Below, piece after piece: positions 47,014 to 57,606 of a DNA stretch of 64,000 nucleotides. Source of the DNA: Marinobacterium zhoushanense. GTDB lineage: Bacteria; Pseudomonadota; Gammaproteobacteria; Pseudomonadales; Balneatricaceae. The notes under the pieces were generated by a model. It made no database searches and had not been told where the DNA came from. It saw nothing but the letters and a program-made list of their open reading frames with translations. The first letter of the stretch is position 1. The number at the start of each line of letters is the position of its first letter. Made by a program: the position numbers and the translations under genes. The stretch spans positions 222,718-286,717 of the forward strand of contig NZ_BMIJ01000005.1 of NCBI RefSeq assembly GCF_014641945.1. Reading direction: 5' to 3'.

Positions 47014-50000
47014 ATGAGCCATTTGCTTGATCGACTCAGATATCTGAAGAAGAAGCCGCAGAGCTTCGCCGGCAACCACGGCCAGACCACGGACGAGAAC
47101 CGTGACTGGGAGGATGGTTACCGCCAGCGCTGGCAGCACGACAAGATCGTGCGTTCCACCCACGGTGTGAACTGCACCGGTTCCTGCAGCTGGAAGATCT
47201 ACGTCAAGAACGGTCTGATCACCTGGGAGACCCAGCAGACCGACTACCCGCGTACCCGGCCCGACCTGCCCAACCACGAGCCGCGCGGCTGCCCCCGTGG
47301 TGCCAGCTACTCCTGGTATATCTACAGCGCCAACCGGCTGAAGTACCCGACCATCCGCAAGCGCCTGCTGCAGCTGTGGCGCGAAGCGCGGCTGACACAC
47401 CAGGACCCGGTGGAAGCCTGGGCCTGCATCGTTGAGAATCCGGACAAGGCCAGATCCTACAAGTCGGTACGCGGCCAGGGCGGTTTCGTGCGTTCGAACT
47501 GGGACGAGGTCAACGAGATCATCGCCGCGTCCAACACTTACACCATCAAGCAGTACGGCCCCGACCGTGTGATCGGCTTCTCGCCGATCCCGGCCATGTC
47601 GATGGTCTCCTATGCCGCCGGCGCCCGTTACCTGTCGCTGATCGGCGGTGCCTGCCTGAGCTTCTACGACTGGTACTGCGACCTGCCGCCGGCGTCGCCG
47701 ATGACCTGGGGCGAGCAGACCGACGTGCCGGAATCGGCCGACTGGTACAACTCCAACTACATCATCGCCTGGGGCTCCAACGTACCCCAGACCCGTACCC
47801 CGGATGCCCACTTCTTCACCGAGGTGCGCTACAAGGGCACCAAGACTGTGGCGGTAACGCCGGACTACTCCGAGGTCGCCAAGCTGTGCGACCAGTGGCT
47901 GAATCCGAAGCAGGGCACCGACGCGGCGATGGCGATGGCGATGGGCCACGTGATCCTGAAGGAGTTCTACGTCGACAAGCCCAGCGCCTACTTCAACGAC
48001 TACGCGCGCAAGTACAGCGACATGCCGTTCCTGGTGCAGCTGGACAAGCGTGACGACGGCTCCTATGCCGCCGGTCGCTTTATCCGCGCCGCCGACTTCG
48101 ATGCCAACCTGGGCCAGGACAACAACCCGGACTGGAAAACCGTCGCCTTCGACACCAGCAGCAATCAGTTTGTGGTGCCCAACGGCTCCATCGGCTTCCG
48201 CTGGGGCGAGCAGGGCAAGTGGAACATCGAGGAGAAGGAGGGCGGCGAGGGTCGTGGCACCCAGCTGGCGCTGAGCCTGATCGACAACCACGACGAGGTG
48301 GTATCGGTGGGCTTCCCTTACTTCGGTGGGGTGGAGAACGAGTACTTCACCAACAACGTGTTCAGCGATGTGATTCATCACAACCTGCCGGCCAAGCGGG
48401 TCAAACTGGCCGATGGCAGCGAGTCGCTGCTGGTCACCGTGGGTGACCTGATGCTGGCCAACTACGGTGTCGACCGCGGCCTGGGCGGCGATTTCGTGGC
48501 CAAGAGCTTCGATGACAACGCGCCTTACACCCCGGCCTGGCAGGAGCAGATCACCGGTGTCGACCGCAACGTGGTGATCAACATCGCCCGCGAGTTCGCC
48601 GATACCGCGGACAAGACCAAGGGTCGCTCTATGATCATCGTCGGTGCCGGTATGAACCACTGGTACCACATGGACATGAACTATCGTGGCCTGATCAACC
48701 TGCTGGTGATGTGCGGCTGCATCGGCCAGACCGGTGGCGGCTGGGCGCACTATGTGGGGCAGGAGAAGCTGCGTCCGCAGTGCGGCTGGTTGCCGCTGGC
48801 GTTCGGTCTCGACTGGCAGCGTCCACCGCGGCACATGAACGGCACCTCCTTCTTCTATAACCACTCCAACCAGTGGCGCTACGAGAAGCTTGAGGTGAGT
48901 GAGATCCTCTCCCCGCTGGCCGACAGGTCCAAGTACAGCGGTAGCCTGATCGACTTCAACGTGCGCTCCGAGCGCATGGGCTGGCTGCCGTCGGCACCGC
49001 AACTGAACACCAACCCGCTGCATCTGACCAAGGCGGCGCAGGCCGCCGGCAAGACGCCGCAGGAGTATGCGGTCGAGCAGCTTAAGAGCGGCAAGCTTGG
49101 CTTCGCGGCCGAGGATCCGGACAACCCGCAGAACTTCCCGCGCAACATGTTCATCTGGCGCTCCAACCTGCTCGGCTCCTCCGGCAAGGGCCATGAGTAC
49201 ATGCTCAAGTACCTGCTCGGCACCAACCACTCGGTGCTGGGCAAGGACCTGGGTGAAGAGGGCGGTCACAAGCCGGAAGAGGTGAAGTGGCACGATCAGG
49301 GCGCCGAAGGCAAGGTCGACCTGCTGGTGACACTGGACTTCCGCATGTCCACCACCTGCCTCTACTCCGACATCGTGTTGCCCACCGCCACCTGGTACGA
49401 GAAGGACGACCTCAACACCTCGGATATGCACCCGTTCATCCACCCGCTCTCCGCGGCCACCGACCCGGCCTGGGAAGCGCGTTCCGACTGGGATATCTAC
49501 AAGGGGATCGCACAGAAGTTCTCCGAGGTCTGCGTCGGTCACCTGGGCGTGGAGCAGGATCTGGTCACCGTGCCGCTGCTGCACGACACCGCCGGCGAGC
49601 TGGCCCAGCCCTATGATGTGAAAGACTGGAAAAAAGGCGAGTGCGACCCGGTACCGGGCAAGACCATGCCGAACCTGGCCCTGGTCGAGCGTGACTACCC
49701 CAACACCTATGCCCGCTTCACCTCGGTCGGTCCGCTGCTGGAATCCGCCGGTAACGGCGGCAAGGGGATCAACTGGGACACCAAGAAAGAGGTTGAGCTG
49801 CTCAAGCAACTGAACTGGACCCACACCCAACCGGGTGCCAGCGAGGGCCGCGCCAAGCTGGAGACCGCCATCGATGCTGCCGAGATGATCCTGGCGCTGG
49901 CGCCGGAGACCAACGGTCAGGTGGCGGTGAAGGCCTGGGAAGCGCTGGGCAAGGCCACCGGCCTCGACCACACCCACCTGGCGCTGCCGAAGGAGGAGGA

Positions 50001-50778
50001 GAAGATCCGCTTCCGCGACGTGCAGGCGCAGCCGCGCAAGATCATCTCCTCGCCGACCTGGTCTGGCCTGGAAGATGAGCACGTCTCCTACAATGCCGGC
50101 TACACCAACGTGCATGAGCTGATCCCCTGGCGCACCCTGACCGGTCGTCAGCAGTACTACCAGGATCACCAGTGGATGCGTGACTTCGGCGAGAGCCTAC
50201 TGGTGTACCGGCCGCCGATCAACACCAAGTCGGTCAAACCGATGCTGAACCACAAGTCCAACGGCAACCCGGAGATCGCGCTGAACTGGATCACCCCGCA
50301 CCAGAAGTGGGGCATCCACTCCACCTACAGCGACAACCTGATCATGCTGACGCTGTCGCGCGGCGGTCCGATCATCTGGATGTCCGAGGTGGATGCGGCC
50401 AAGGTCGGCATCGAGGACAACGACTGGGTTGAGATCTTCAACACCAACGGCGCCATCGCTGCCCGTGTCGTGGTCTCCCAGCGGGTCAACGAGGGGATGA
50501 CGCTGATGTACCACGCCCAGGAGCGCATCGTGAACGTACCGGGCGCGGAAACCTCCGGCACCCGCGGCGGTATTCACAACTCGGTGACCCGCGCCTGCCC
50601 GAAACCGACCCACATGATCGGTGGCTACGCGCAGCAGTCCTACGGCTTTAACTACTACGGCACCGTCGGTTCCAACCGTGACGAGTTCGTCATCGTACGC
50701 AAGATGAAGAACATCGACTGGCTGGATGGCGAGAACAACGACTATGTACAGGATCCTGTTCAGGAGGCCGCACAATGA
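47014..50778 (+). CDS. narG: Respiratory nitrate reductase alpha subunit NarG
   Basis: 1254 aa; N-terminal HxxxCxxxC FeS motif and molybdopterin oxidoreductase domains. Confidence 0.95.
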   Translation: MSHLLDRLRYLKKKPQSFAGNHGQTTDENRDWEDGYRQRWQHDKIVRSTHGVNCTGSCSWKIYVKNGLITWETQQTDYPRTRPDLPNHEPRGCPRGASYSWYIYSANRLKYPTIRKRLLQLWREARLTHQDPVEAWACIVENPDKARSYKSVRGQGGFVRSNWDEVNEIIAASNTYTIKQYGPDRVIGFSPIPAMSMVSYAAGARYLSLIGGACLSFYDWYCDLPPASPMTWGEQTDVPESADWYNSNYIIAWGSNVPQTRTPDAHFFTEVRYKGTKTVAVTPDYSEVAKLCDQWLNPKQGTDAAMAMAMGHVILKEFYVDKPSAYFNDYARKYSDMPFLVQLDKRDDGSYAAGRFIRAADFDANLGQDNNPDWKTVAFDTSSNQFVVPNGSIGFRWGEQGKWNIEEKEGGEGRGTQLALSLIDNHDEVVSVGFPYFGGVENEYFTNNVFSDVIHHNLPAKRVKLADGSESLLVTVGDLMLANYGVDRGLGGDFVAKSFDDNAPYTPAWQEQITGVDRNVVINIAREFADTADKTKGRSMIIVGAGMNHWYHMDMNYRGLINLLVMCGCIGQTGGGWAHYVGQEKLRPQCGWLPLAFGLDWQRPPRHMNGTSFFYNHSNQWRYEKLEVSEILSPLADRSKYSGSLIDFNVRSERMGWLPSAPQLNTNPLHLTKAAQAAGKTPQEYAVEQLKSGKLGFAAEDPDNPQNFPRNMFIWRSNLLGSSGKGHEYMLKYLLGTNHSVLGKDLGEEGGHKPEEVKWHDQGAEGKVDLLVTLDFRMSTTCLYSDIVLPTATWYEKDDLNTSDMHPFIHPLSAATDPAWEARSDWDIYKGIAQKFSEVCVGHLGVEQDLVTVPLLHDTAGELAQPYDVKDWKKGECDPVPGKTMPNLALVERDYPNTYARFTSVGPLLESAGNGGKGINWDTKKEVELLKQLNWTHTQPGASEGRAKLETAIDAAEMILALAPETNGQVAVKAWEALGKATGLDHTHLALPKEEEKIRFRDVQAQPRKIISSPTWSGLEDEHVSYNAGYTNVHELIPWRTLTGRQQYYQDHQWMRDFGESLLVYRPPINTKSVKPMLNHKSNGNPEIALNWITPHQKWGIHSTYSDNLIMLTLSRGGPIIWMSEVDAAKVGIEDNDWVEIFNTNGAIAARVVVSQRVNEGMTLMYHAQERIVNVPGAETSGTRGGIHNSVTRACPKPTHMIGGYAQQSYGFNYYGTVGSNRDEFVIVRKMKNIDWLDGENNDYVQDPVQEAAQ

Positions 50779-52352
50779 AAATCCGTTCTCAAGTCGGCAT
50801 GGTGTTGAACCTCGACAAGTGTATCGGCTGCCACACCTGCTCGATCACCTGCAAGAACGTCTGGACCTCCCGCGAGGGGATGGAGTACGCCTGGTTCAAC
50901 AACGTCGAGACCAAGCCCGGTATCGGCTACCCGAAAGAGTGGGAGAACCAGGACAAGTGGAACGGCGGCTGGCGTCGCAAGGCCGACGGCAGCATCGAAC
51001 CGCGCATCGGCGGCAAGTGGCGGGTACTGGCGAACATCTTCGCCAACCCGGACCTGCCGGAGATCGACGACTACTACGAGCCGTTCGACTTTGACTACCA
51101 GCACCTGCACAACGCTCCCGAGGGCAAGCACCAGCCGGTGGCGCGGCCACGTTCGCTGATCACCGGCCAGCGCATGAAGAAGATCGAGTGGGGCCCGAAC
51201 TGGGAGGAGATCCTCGGTACCGAGTTCAAGAAACGCTCGAAAGACCGGAACTTCGACAACGTACAGAAGGATATCTACGGCCAGTTCGAGAACACCTTCA
51301 TGATGTACCTGCCGCGCCTGTGCGAGCACTGCCTGAACCCGGCCTGTGTCGCCAGTTGCCCCTCCGGCGCGATCTACAAGCGCGACGAGGATGGCATCGT
51401 GCTGATCGACCAGGACAAGTGCCGCGGCTGGCGCATGTGCGTGTCCGGCTGCCCGTACAAGAAGATCTACTACAACTGGAAGACCGGTAAATCCGAGAAG
51501 TGCATCTTCTGCTACCCGCGTATCGAGTCCGGCATGCCCACCGTCTGCTCTGAGACCTGCGTCGGCCGTATCCGCTACCTCGGCGTGATGCTCTACGATG
51601 CCGACCGCATCGCCGAAGTGGCCGCCTCCGGCAACGAGCAGGACCTGTACCAGAAGCAGTTGGAGATCTTCCTTGACCCGCATGACCCGGCGGTGATCGA
51701 GCAGGCCCGTCGCGACGGTGTTACCGACAGCGTGATCAAGGCGGCGCAGAACTCACCGGTGTACAAGCTGGCGATGGACTGGAAGCTGGCACTGCCGCTG
51801 CACCCGGAATACCGCACCCTGCCGATGGTCTGGTACGTGCCGCCGCTGAGCCCGATCCAGTCCGCCGCCGACGCCGGCAAGATCGGCATGAATGGCGCGA
51901 TTCCGGATGTGGACAGCCTGAGGATCCCGGTCAAGTACTTGGCCAACCTGCTCACCGCCGGTGACGAGAAGCCGGTGGTCGCCGCGCTGAAGAAGCTGCT
52001 GGCGATGCGCGCCTACAAGCGTGACGAACAGGTCGAAGGCAAGATCAACCTGCAGGTACTGGAAGACGCCGGTCTCACCGAGCATCAGGCCAAGGAGATG
52101 TACCGCTACTTGGCGATCGCCAACTACGAGGACCGCTTCGTCATTCCGACCAGCCACCGCGAGCTGGCCAAGGAAGCCTTCCCCGAACGCAACGGTTGCG
52201 GATTCAGTTTCGGCAACGGCTGCGCCGGTGGCGAGAGCGAGTTCAACCTGTTCGGCGCCAAGAAGCAGAACGTCACCATGGTCGAGAAGATCGGCAGCGT
52301 GCAGCAGGTGGATCCGAAGCTGCTGCGCGATACGGAGGTGGAAGATGCGTAG
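50775..52352 (+). CDS. narH: Respiratory nitrate reductase beta subunit NarH
   Basis: 525 aa with four FeS Cys clusters; start overlaps the narG stop (ATGA). Confidence 0.95.
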   Translation: MKIRSQVGMVLNLDKCIGCHTCSITCKNVWTSREGMEYAWFNNVETKPGIGYPKEWENQDKWNGGWRRKADGSIEPRIGGKWRVLANIFANPDLPEIDDYYEPFDFDYQHLHNAPEGKHQPVARPRSLITGQRMKKIEWGPNWEEILGTEFKKRSKDRNFDNVQKDIYGQFENTFMMYLPRLCEHCLNPACVASCPSGAIYKRDEDGIVLIDQDKCRGWRMCVSGCPYKKIYYNWKTGKSEKCIFCYPRIESGMPTVCSETCVGRIRYLGVMLYDADRIAEVAASGNEQDLYQKQLEIFLDPHDPAVIEQARRDGVTDSVIKAAQNSPVYKLAMDWKLALPLHPEYRTLPMVWYVPPLSPIQSAADAGKIGMNGAIPDVDSLRIPVKYLANLLTAGDEKPVVAALKKLLAMRAYKRDEQVEGKINLQVLEDAGLTEHQAKEMYRYLAIANYEDRFVIPTSHRELAKEAFPERNGCGFSFGNGCAGGESEFNLFGAKKQNVTMVEKIGSVQQVDPKLLRDTEVEDA

Positions 52353-53082
52353 CCTGAATGTGATCTCGGCCCTGCTGGGCTATCCGGAGCGCGAGCTGGT
52401 CGAGGCCCGCGTGGCGCTGATCGACGCGGTGCGTGCCGACACGCACCTGCCGCAACCGCTGTACGACAAGCTGGTGCGGTTCATCGACCGGCTGAGCAAA
52501 ACCGATCTGCTCGACGCCCAGGAGAACTATGTGGCGCTGTTCGATCGTGGCCGTTCGCTGTCGCTGCTGCTGTTCGAGCACGTGCACGGCGAGAGCCGCG
52601 ACCGCGGCCAGGCGATGGTGGACCTGATGGCGATCTACGAGCGCGAAGGGTTCCAGATCAACGTCCGTGAGCTACCGGACTACCTGCCGCTGTTCCTCGA
52701 GTTCCTGGCCCAACGGCCGGAATCCGAGGCACGCAAGTGGCTGGCCGACGTGGCGCATATTCTGGTGCTGCTGGAGGAGCGGCTGCGCCAGCGCGACAGC
52801 GACTACGCGGTGCTGTTCGAGTCCCTGTTGGGGCTGGCCGGCATCGAAATCGAACAGGAGCGTGAGGAGCTGCGCGACAAGGTGGCCGCCGAGGCACGCG
52901 ACGATACGCCCGAGGCGCTGGATCAGGTGTGGGAGGAGGAAATGGTGCGCTTCACCGAGAACAGTGCCCAGGAGTGCGGCGACGGCGTGATCGCCCAGCG
53001 CCGCCGGGAGCTGGACCAGGTGCGACCGCTGCATCTTCAGGGTGCCCAGCCGGTCTGTAGCGAAACTGCGGGTTCATTCTGA
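52345..53082 (+). CDS. narJ: Nitrate reductase assembly chaperone NarJ
   Basis: Start (MRSLNVISALLGYPERE…) overlaps the narH end; ~245 aa NarJ/TorD-like. Confidence 0.85.
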   Translation: MRSLNVISALLGYPERELVEARVALIDAVRADTHLPQPLYDKLVRFIDRLSKTDLLDAQENYVALFDRGRSLSLLLFEHVHGESRDRGQAMVDLMAIYEREGFQINVRELPDYLPLFLEFLAQRPESEARKWLADVAHILVLLEERLRQRDSDYAVLFESLLGLAGIEIEQEREELRDKVAAEARDDTPEALDQVWEEEMVRFTENSAQECGDGVIAQRRRELDQVRPLHLQGAQPVCSETAGSF

Positions 53083-53100
53083 GTCCGGGGAGAAGAGAAA

Positions 53101-53775
53101 ATGTCTTATCTGAACGATCTGTTATTTGGCGTTTACCCTTACATCGCCGGCGCGATCTTCCTGATCGCCAGCTGGATCCGCTACGACCGCGAGCAGTACA
53201 CCTGGCGCGCAAGCTCCAGCCAGATGCTGAACTCGAAAGGGTTCCGCCGCGCCAGCAACCTGTTCCATGTCGGCGTGCTGGTGATCTTCTTCGGTCATCT
53301 GGTCGGCCTGCTGACGCCGCATGCCCTGTATGCGCCGTTCATCTCCGCCGGCAACAAGCAGCTGATGGCGATCATCGTCGGCGGTTTGGCGGGGATCTCC
53401 TGCTGGATCGGTGCCCTGTTGCTGCTCAAGCGTCGTCTGACCGATCCGCGTGTGCGTGCCACCGGCACCAAGGCGGACCTGTTCATCATTGCGCTGCTGT
53501 TCGTCCAGGTCAGTCTCGGCCTGCTGACCATCCCGTTCGCGATGCAGCATCTGGATGGCGGCGTGATGATCGATCTGGCGCACTGGGCTCAGGGGCTGGT
53601 TACCTTCCAGGCCGATGCCGCGAGCCATCTGGCCGAGGTGGGGCTGGTGTACAAACTGCACATCTTTATCGGCCTGACCATGTTCGTGGTGTTCCCCTTC
53701 ACCCGCATGGTGCATATCTGGAGCGTACCGGTGAAGTACTTCGCCCGTAACTATCAGATTGTGCGCCAGCGCTAA
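53101..53775 (+). CDS. narI: Respiratory nitrate reductase gamma subunit NarI
   Basis: 224 aa, 5 TM segments, haem-ligand His residues. Confidence 0.9.
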   Translation: MSYLNDLLFGVYPYIAGAIFLIASWIRYDREQYTWRASSSQMLNSKGFRRASNLFHVGVLVIFFGHLVGLLTPHALYAPFISAGNKQLMAIIVGGLAGISCWIGALLLLKRRLTDPRVRATGTKADLFIIALLFVQVSLGLLTIPFAMQHLDGGVMIDLAHWAQGLVTFQADAASHLAEVGLVYKLHIFIGLTMFVVFPFTRMVHIWSVPVKYFARNYQIVRQR

Positions 53776-53871
53776 GCCGGTTTACCCGAACGTTGGACCC
53801 TTCCCGAGACGTTTGGGTAAGGGGGGCGTAAGCCCCCCGATCTAACCCCAGCAGAATATGAGGTACCCGCT

Positions 53872-54696
53872 ATGCAGATGATCGAGCTGACCATGGTGAA
53901 CGAGGATCGGCCCGAGTTCGATGCGGTGATCGTCAACGGCAAAAGCCTGGACGAGCAGCGTATCGCGCAGGAGATTCAGTACTACCCGGCGGAGTCGCTG
54001 CAAGCCTCCCGGGCCCAGGCGGTGCAGGCGCTGGTGATCCGCGAGCTGCTGATGCAGCGGGCGGAGGCGCTGGGGCTGGAGGTGGCGAAGACGGAAGATG
54101 GCGACCTTGATGAAGAGGCGTTGATCCTGCAGTTGATCGAGCGGGAGGTCGATCTGCCTCAGGCCACCGACGAGGTGTGTTACCACTACTTTGAAGCTAA
54201 TCGCGACAAATTCTGTACCCAGCCGCTGGTGGCGGTATCCCATATCCTGCTGGCGGCGGCGCCGGACGATCTGGAGCAACGCGCCAAGCGCAAGGTGCAG
54301 GCGGAGGTGCTGATCGAAGCGTTGCAGCGCGATCCCGAGCTGTTTGCCGAGATCGCCCGCCAGCACTCCGACTGCCCGTCGAAGGAGCTCGGTGGCGAAC
54401 TGGGCCAGATCGACAAGGGCCAGACCGTGGACGAGTTCGAGCGCCAGATCTTTACCCTGCCGGAGGGGCTGGCGGCGAGGCCGCTGGAGAGCCGTTACGG
54501 ATTTCATGTCACCCGCATCGACAAGCGTGTCGAGGGTGAGCCGTTGCCCTACGAGGCGGTGGAACGCCGCATCCGTGCCTACCTGATCGAGCGCAACTAC
54601 CGCCGGGCCGTAAACCAGTATATCCAGCTGCTGGTTGCCGATGCCGAGATCGAGGGGATAGCCGTGCAGGGGGCCGACTCCCTGCTGGTGCAGTAG
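53872..54696 (+). CDS. Parvulin/PpiC-type peptidyl-prolyl cis-trans isomerase, nar-associated
   Basis: C-terminal PpiC domain (…HILLAAAPDD…HSDCPSKELGGELGQIDKGQTVDEFE…); same position as the PPIase gene after narI in Pseudomonas nar loci. Confidence 0.7.
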   Translation: MQMIELTMVNEDRPEFDAVIVNGKSLDEQRIAQEIQYYPAESLQASRAQAVQALVIRELLMQRAEALGLEVAKTEDGDLDEEALILQLIEREVDLPQATDEVCYHYFEANRDKFCTQPLVAVSHILLAAAPDDLEQRAKRKVQAEVLIEALQRDPELFAEIARQHSDCPSKELGGELGQIDKGQTVDEFERQIFTLPEGLAARPLESRYGFHVTRIDKRVEGEPLPYEAVERRIRAYLIERNYRRAVNQYIQLLVADAEIEGIAVQGADSLLVQ

Positions 54697-54717
54697 AACA
54701 AAGCGGAGGAGGTCGCG

Positions 54718-55359
54718 ATGTTGACCGACCTGTTAGGCAACAATCGGGACTGGGCTGCACGCATCGAGCGGGAGCAGCCCGGTTTCTTCAAGCAGTTGGC
54801 GGCGCAGCAGAGTCCGGAGTACCTGTGGATCGGTTGCTCCGACAGCCGGGTGCCGGCCAATGAGATCGTCGGCATGCTGCCGGGCGAGCTGTTCGTGCAC
54901 CGCAATGTCGCCAACCTGGTGCTGCATACCGATCTGAACTGCCTGTCGGTGATCCAGTTCGCCGTACAGATACTGAAGGTGAAGCACATCATTGTCTGCG
55001 GTCATTACGGCTGCGGCGGCGTGCGCGCCGCGCTGAGCAACCAGGATTACGGCCTGATCGGCAACTGGCTGCGCCATATTAAAGATATAGGGTTTCACTG
55101 CCGCGAGATACTCGATGCCGAACCGGACGAGGAGCGCCGGATCAACCGACTGTGCGAGCTGAACGTGCTGCAGCAGGTGGAGAACGTCTGCCACACCAGC
55201 ATCGTGCAGAAGGCCTGGCGTCGCGGTCAGCCGCTGGCGGTACACGGCTGGATCTACAGCATCGAAGACGGCCTGATCAAGGACCTGAAAGTGGATATCG
55301 ACTGTGTCGCCAATATGCCGGCGATCTACTCGCTGCAACGGGAAGCATTGAGCATCTGA
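54718..55359 (+). CDS. Beta-class carbonic anhydrase
   Basis: CSDSR…HxxCGG zinc-ligand motifs of beta-CA; 213 aa. Confidence 0.85.
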   Translation: MLTDLLGNNRDWAARIEREQPGFFKQLAAQQSPEYLWIGCSDSRVPANEIVGMLPGELFVHRNVANLVLHTDLNCLSVIQFAVQILKVKHIIVCGHYGCGGVRAALSNQDYGLIGNWLRHIKDIGFHCREILDAEPDEERRINRLCELNVLQQVENVCHTSIVQKAWRRGQPLAVHGWIYSIEDGLIKDLKVDIDCVANMPAIYSLQREALSI

Positions 55360-55489
55360 CGCACACCGCCCTCTTCTTGCGCCAGATCAATTAATCACTC
55401 CATAGCGGCCCGAACTACCTCCATAGAGGAATAGGTGGGCCTGAGCCGGGTAGCAATAATTTTCCTACCTGTAGCGGAGGAACAGAGCG

Positions 55490-56491
55490 ATGACTGAAGC
55501 AGACAGCGGCCTGATCGATGGCCTGGGTAGAAAGATCGACTACATCCGCCTGTCGGTAACCGACCGCTGCGACTTCCGCTGTGTCTACTGCATGGCCGAG
55601 GATGTGCAGTTTCTACCCCGTGCCCGCATCCTGTCGCTGGAAGAGCTGGAGACCCTGGCCCGCTCCTTCGTCGAGATGGGGGTCAGGCGGATCCGCCTGA
55701 CCGGCGGTGAGCCGCTGATGCGCCGGGGGATTGTCGACCTGGTGGCGCGCCTGGCATCGCTGCCGGGACTGGACGAGGTGGTGATGACCACCAACGGCTC
55801 GCAACTCTATCGCCTGGCCAGGCCACTGAAGGAAGCGGGCCTGAAGCGACTCAATATCAGCCTGGACAGCCTGAAACCGGAGCGCTTCGCGGCGATGACC
55901 CGGCGCAGCAAACTGTGCCAGGTGCTCGCCGGTATCGACGCGGCCGTGGCCGCCGGTTTCGAGCGCATCAAGTTGAACAGCGTCATCATGCAGGGCCACA
56001 ACGATGACGAGATCCATCCGCTGTTGGCCTTTGCCCAGTCACGCGGCATCGATATCAGTTATATCGAAGAGATGCCGCTGGGCCGGGTCTACAGCCACGA
56101 CCGCCGTCAGGCCTACTGCTCCAGCGATGATGTGAAACGGGAGATTGAAACCCGCTATCAACTGATGCCCTGCACCGACCGCACCGGTGGTCCCTCCCGC
56201 TATTACCGTATTGCCGGGTTGCCGGGCAGGGTCGGCTTCATCTCTCCACACAGCCATAACTTCTGCGACAGCTGCAACCGCCTGCGGGTGACTGCCGAGG
56301 GACGCCTGCTGCTCTGCCTGGGACAGGAACACTCGGTGGACCTGCGCGACATTCTGCGCCGTTATCCCGGCGAGAAAAATCGGATCGAGAAGAGGGTGCG
56401 AGAGGCGATACGCCACAAACCATCAGGACACAGCTTTGCCGATCGCGATGCGCCCCAGGTATTGCGTTTCATGAACATGACAGGTGGATAG
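55490..56491 (+). CDS. moaA: GTP 3',8-cyclase MoaA
   Basis: Radical-SAM CxxxCxxC (CDFRCVYC) plus a C-terminal Cys cluster; 333 aa. Confidence 0.9.
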   Translation: MTEADSGLIDGLGRKIDYIRLSVTDRCDFRCVYCMAEDVQFLPRARILSLEELETLARSFVEMGVRRIRLTGGEPLMRRGIVDLVARLASLPGLDEVVMTTNGSQLYRLARPLKEAGLKRLNISLDSLKPERFAAMTRRSKLCQVLAGIDAAVAAGFERIKLNSVIMQGHNDDEIHPLLAFAQSRGIDISYIEEMPLGRVYSHDRRQAYCSSDDVKREIETRYQLMPCTDRTGGPSRYYRIAGLPGRVGFISPHSHNFCDSCNRLRVTAEGRLLLCLGQEHSVDLRDILRRYPGEKNRIEKRVREAIRHKPSGHSFADRDAPQVLRFMNMTGG

Positions 56492-56495
56492 AGCC

Positions 56496-57203
56496 ATGGG
56501 ATGGAGAGCGACTCATGTTGAGCTTCAAACGCACTGGACCAAGCAGGTGCGACAGCACCTACTGCTGTCGGCGCTGGACGAGCGCCAGTTCAGCGAGCTG
56601 ATGGCATCAGCCCGGCTGATCGACCTGCAACCACGGGAGAGCCTGTTTCAGCAGGGCGATGCCGCCGAGCGGGTGTTCATCGTACTGACGGGACGTATCA
56701 AGTTCTTCCGTATCTCCGCCAGCGGACGGGAGATCGTGATCAGTGTACTGGGGCGAAACGATCCGGTGGCCGAAGCGGCCATGTTCATGTCTGAGCAGCA
56801 CTACCCGGCCAATGCCAGTGCCATTGAGGCGAGCTGCCTGCTGGCCCTTAATGCTCATGTCTATCAGCACCTGCTGCGGCAGTCGGTGGACAGCTGTTTC
56901 GGCGTCATGGCCGCGATGGCCGCACGCCTGCAGCGCAGCATGGCGGAGATCGAAACGCTGACCCAGCAGGACGCGGCGCACCGCGTGGCCCGCTTTATCC
57001 TCGACCTGGTGGATAAGGGGGAGAGCGGACGGGTGGTGGTTGAGCTGCCGGTCTCCAAGCAACTGATCGCGGCACGGCTGGCGATGCAGCCGGAAACCTT
57101 CTCGCGGGTGATCGCGGCACTGAAACACAAGGGCCTGCTGCAGGTGAATGGCGGCATGCTGACCATACCCAGCGTGGCTGGCTTAAGGCAGTGGGCGGTA
57201 TGA
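56496..57203 (+). CDS. dnr: Dnr/NNR-type Crp-Fnr family transcriptional regulator (no N-terminal Cys cluster)
   Basis: cNMP-binding-like domain plus a C-terminal HTH; strong similarity to P. aeruginosa Dnr (…ETLTQQDAAHRVARFILDL…VELPVSKQLIAARLAMQPETFSRV…). Confidence 0.75.
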   Translation: MGWRATHVELQTHWTKQVRQHLLLSALDERQFSELMASARLIDLQPRESLFQQGDAAERVFIVLTGRIKFFRISASGREIVISVLGRNDPVAEAAMFMSEQHYPANASAIEASCLLALNAHVYQHLLRQSVDSCFGVMAAMAARLQRSMAEIETLTQQDAAHRVARFILDLVDKGESGRVVVELPVSKQLIAARLAMQPETFSRVIAALKHKGLLQVNGGMLTIPSVAGLRQWAV

Positions 57204-57583
57204 CGAAGCGTCGGGATCTGCCGCTGGTCTACGCCTGCTCCGGCTGCTCCGATGTGGCGCAGTTGGCCAACGATGTGGCCGTACGGCTGGATCATCAGGG
57301 TAAGGCGGAGATGTCCTGCATCTCCGGCGTCGGCGGCGGGGTGCAGGCGCTGGTCCGGGTCGCCCGCTCGGGTCGGCCGATCATCGCCATCGACGGATGC
57401 CCGCTGCATTGTACGGCTGCCTGTCTGGCCAACTGTGAGATCGAGCCGGATGAGCATGTGCGCTTGTACGAGCAGGGCTACAAGAAACGTATTGGGCGTA
57501 AAGCCGACGCCGACGAGGTAGCGAAGGTCGCTGCCCATGTTGAAGCTCTGATCGAGATCCTGAATCTGGATCAGTACTGCTGA
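57200..57583 (+). CDS. DGC-domain (putative metal-binding) protein
   Basis: 128 aa with conserved Cys residues (YACSGCS…DGCPLHC); family assignment tentative. Confidence 0.4.
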   Translation: MTKRRDLPLVYACSGCSDVAQLANDVAVRLDHQGKAEMSCISGVGGGVQALVRVARSGRPIIAIDGCPLHCTAACLANCEIEPDEHVRLYEQGYKKRIGRKADADEVAKVAAHVEALIEILNLDQYC

Positions 57584-57606
57584 ATAGATTTTTGAGGATA
57601 GCAGTG

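Noticed and set aside
46813-50169. 1118-aa minus-strand ORF inside narG
   Set aside because: Antisense to narG, low-complexity Gly/Ala/Arg/Val-rich translation; an artefact of high GC3 on the coding strand. The same holds for other antisense ORFs such as 560-1393(-), 7068-8099(-), 9176-11614(+), 12879-14171(+), 20276-20971(-), 37539-38438(-), 42858-44735(-), 62181-63665(-).
53776-53871. GGGGGGC-gtaa-GCCCCCC hairpin between narI and the PPIase gene as a terminator
   Set aside because: No following T-tract; more likely an mRNA structural element, since the PPIase gene appears co-transcribed with narGHJI.
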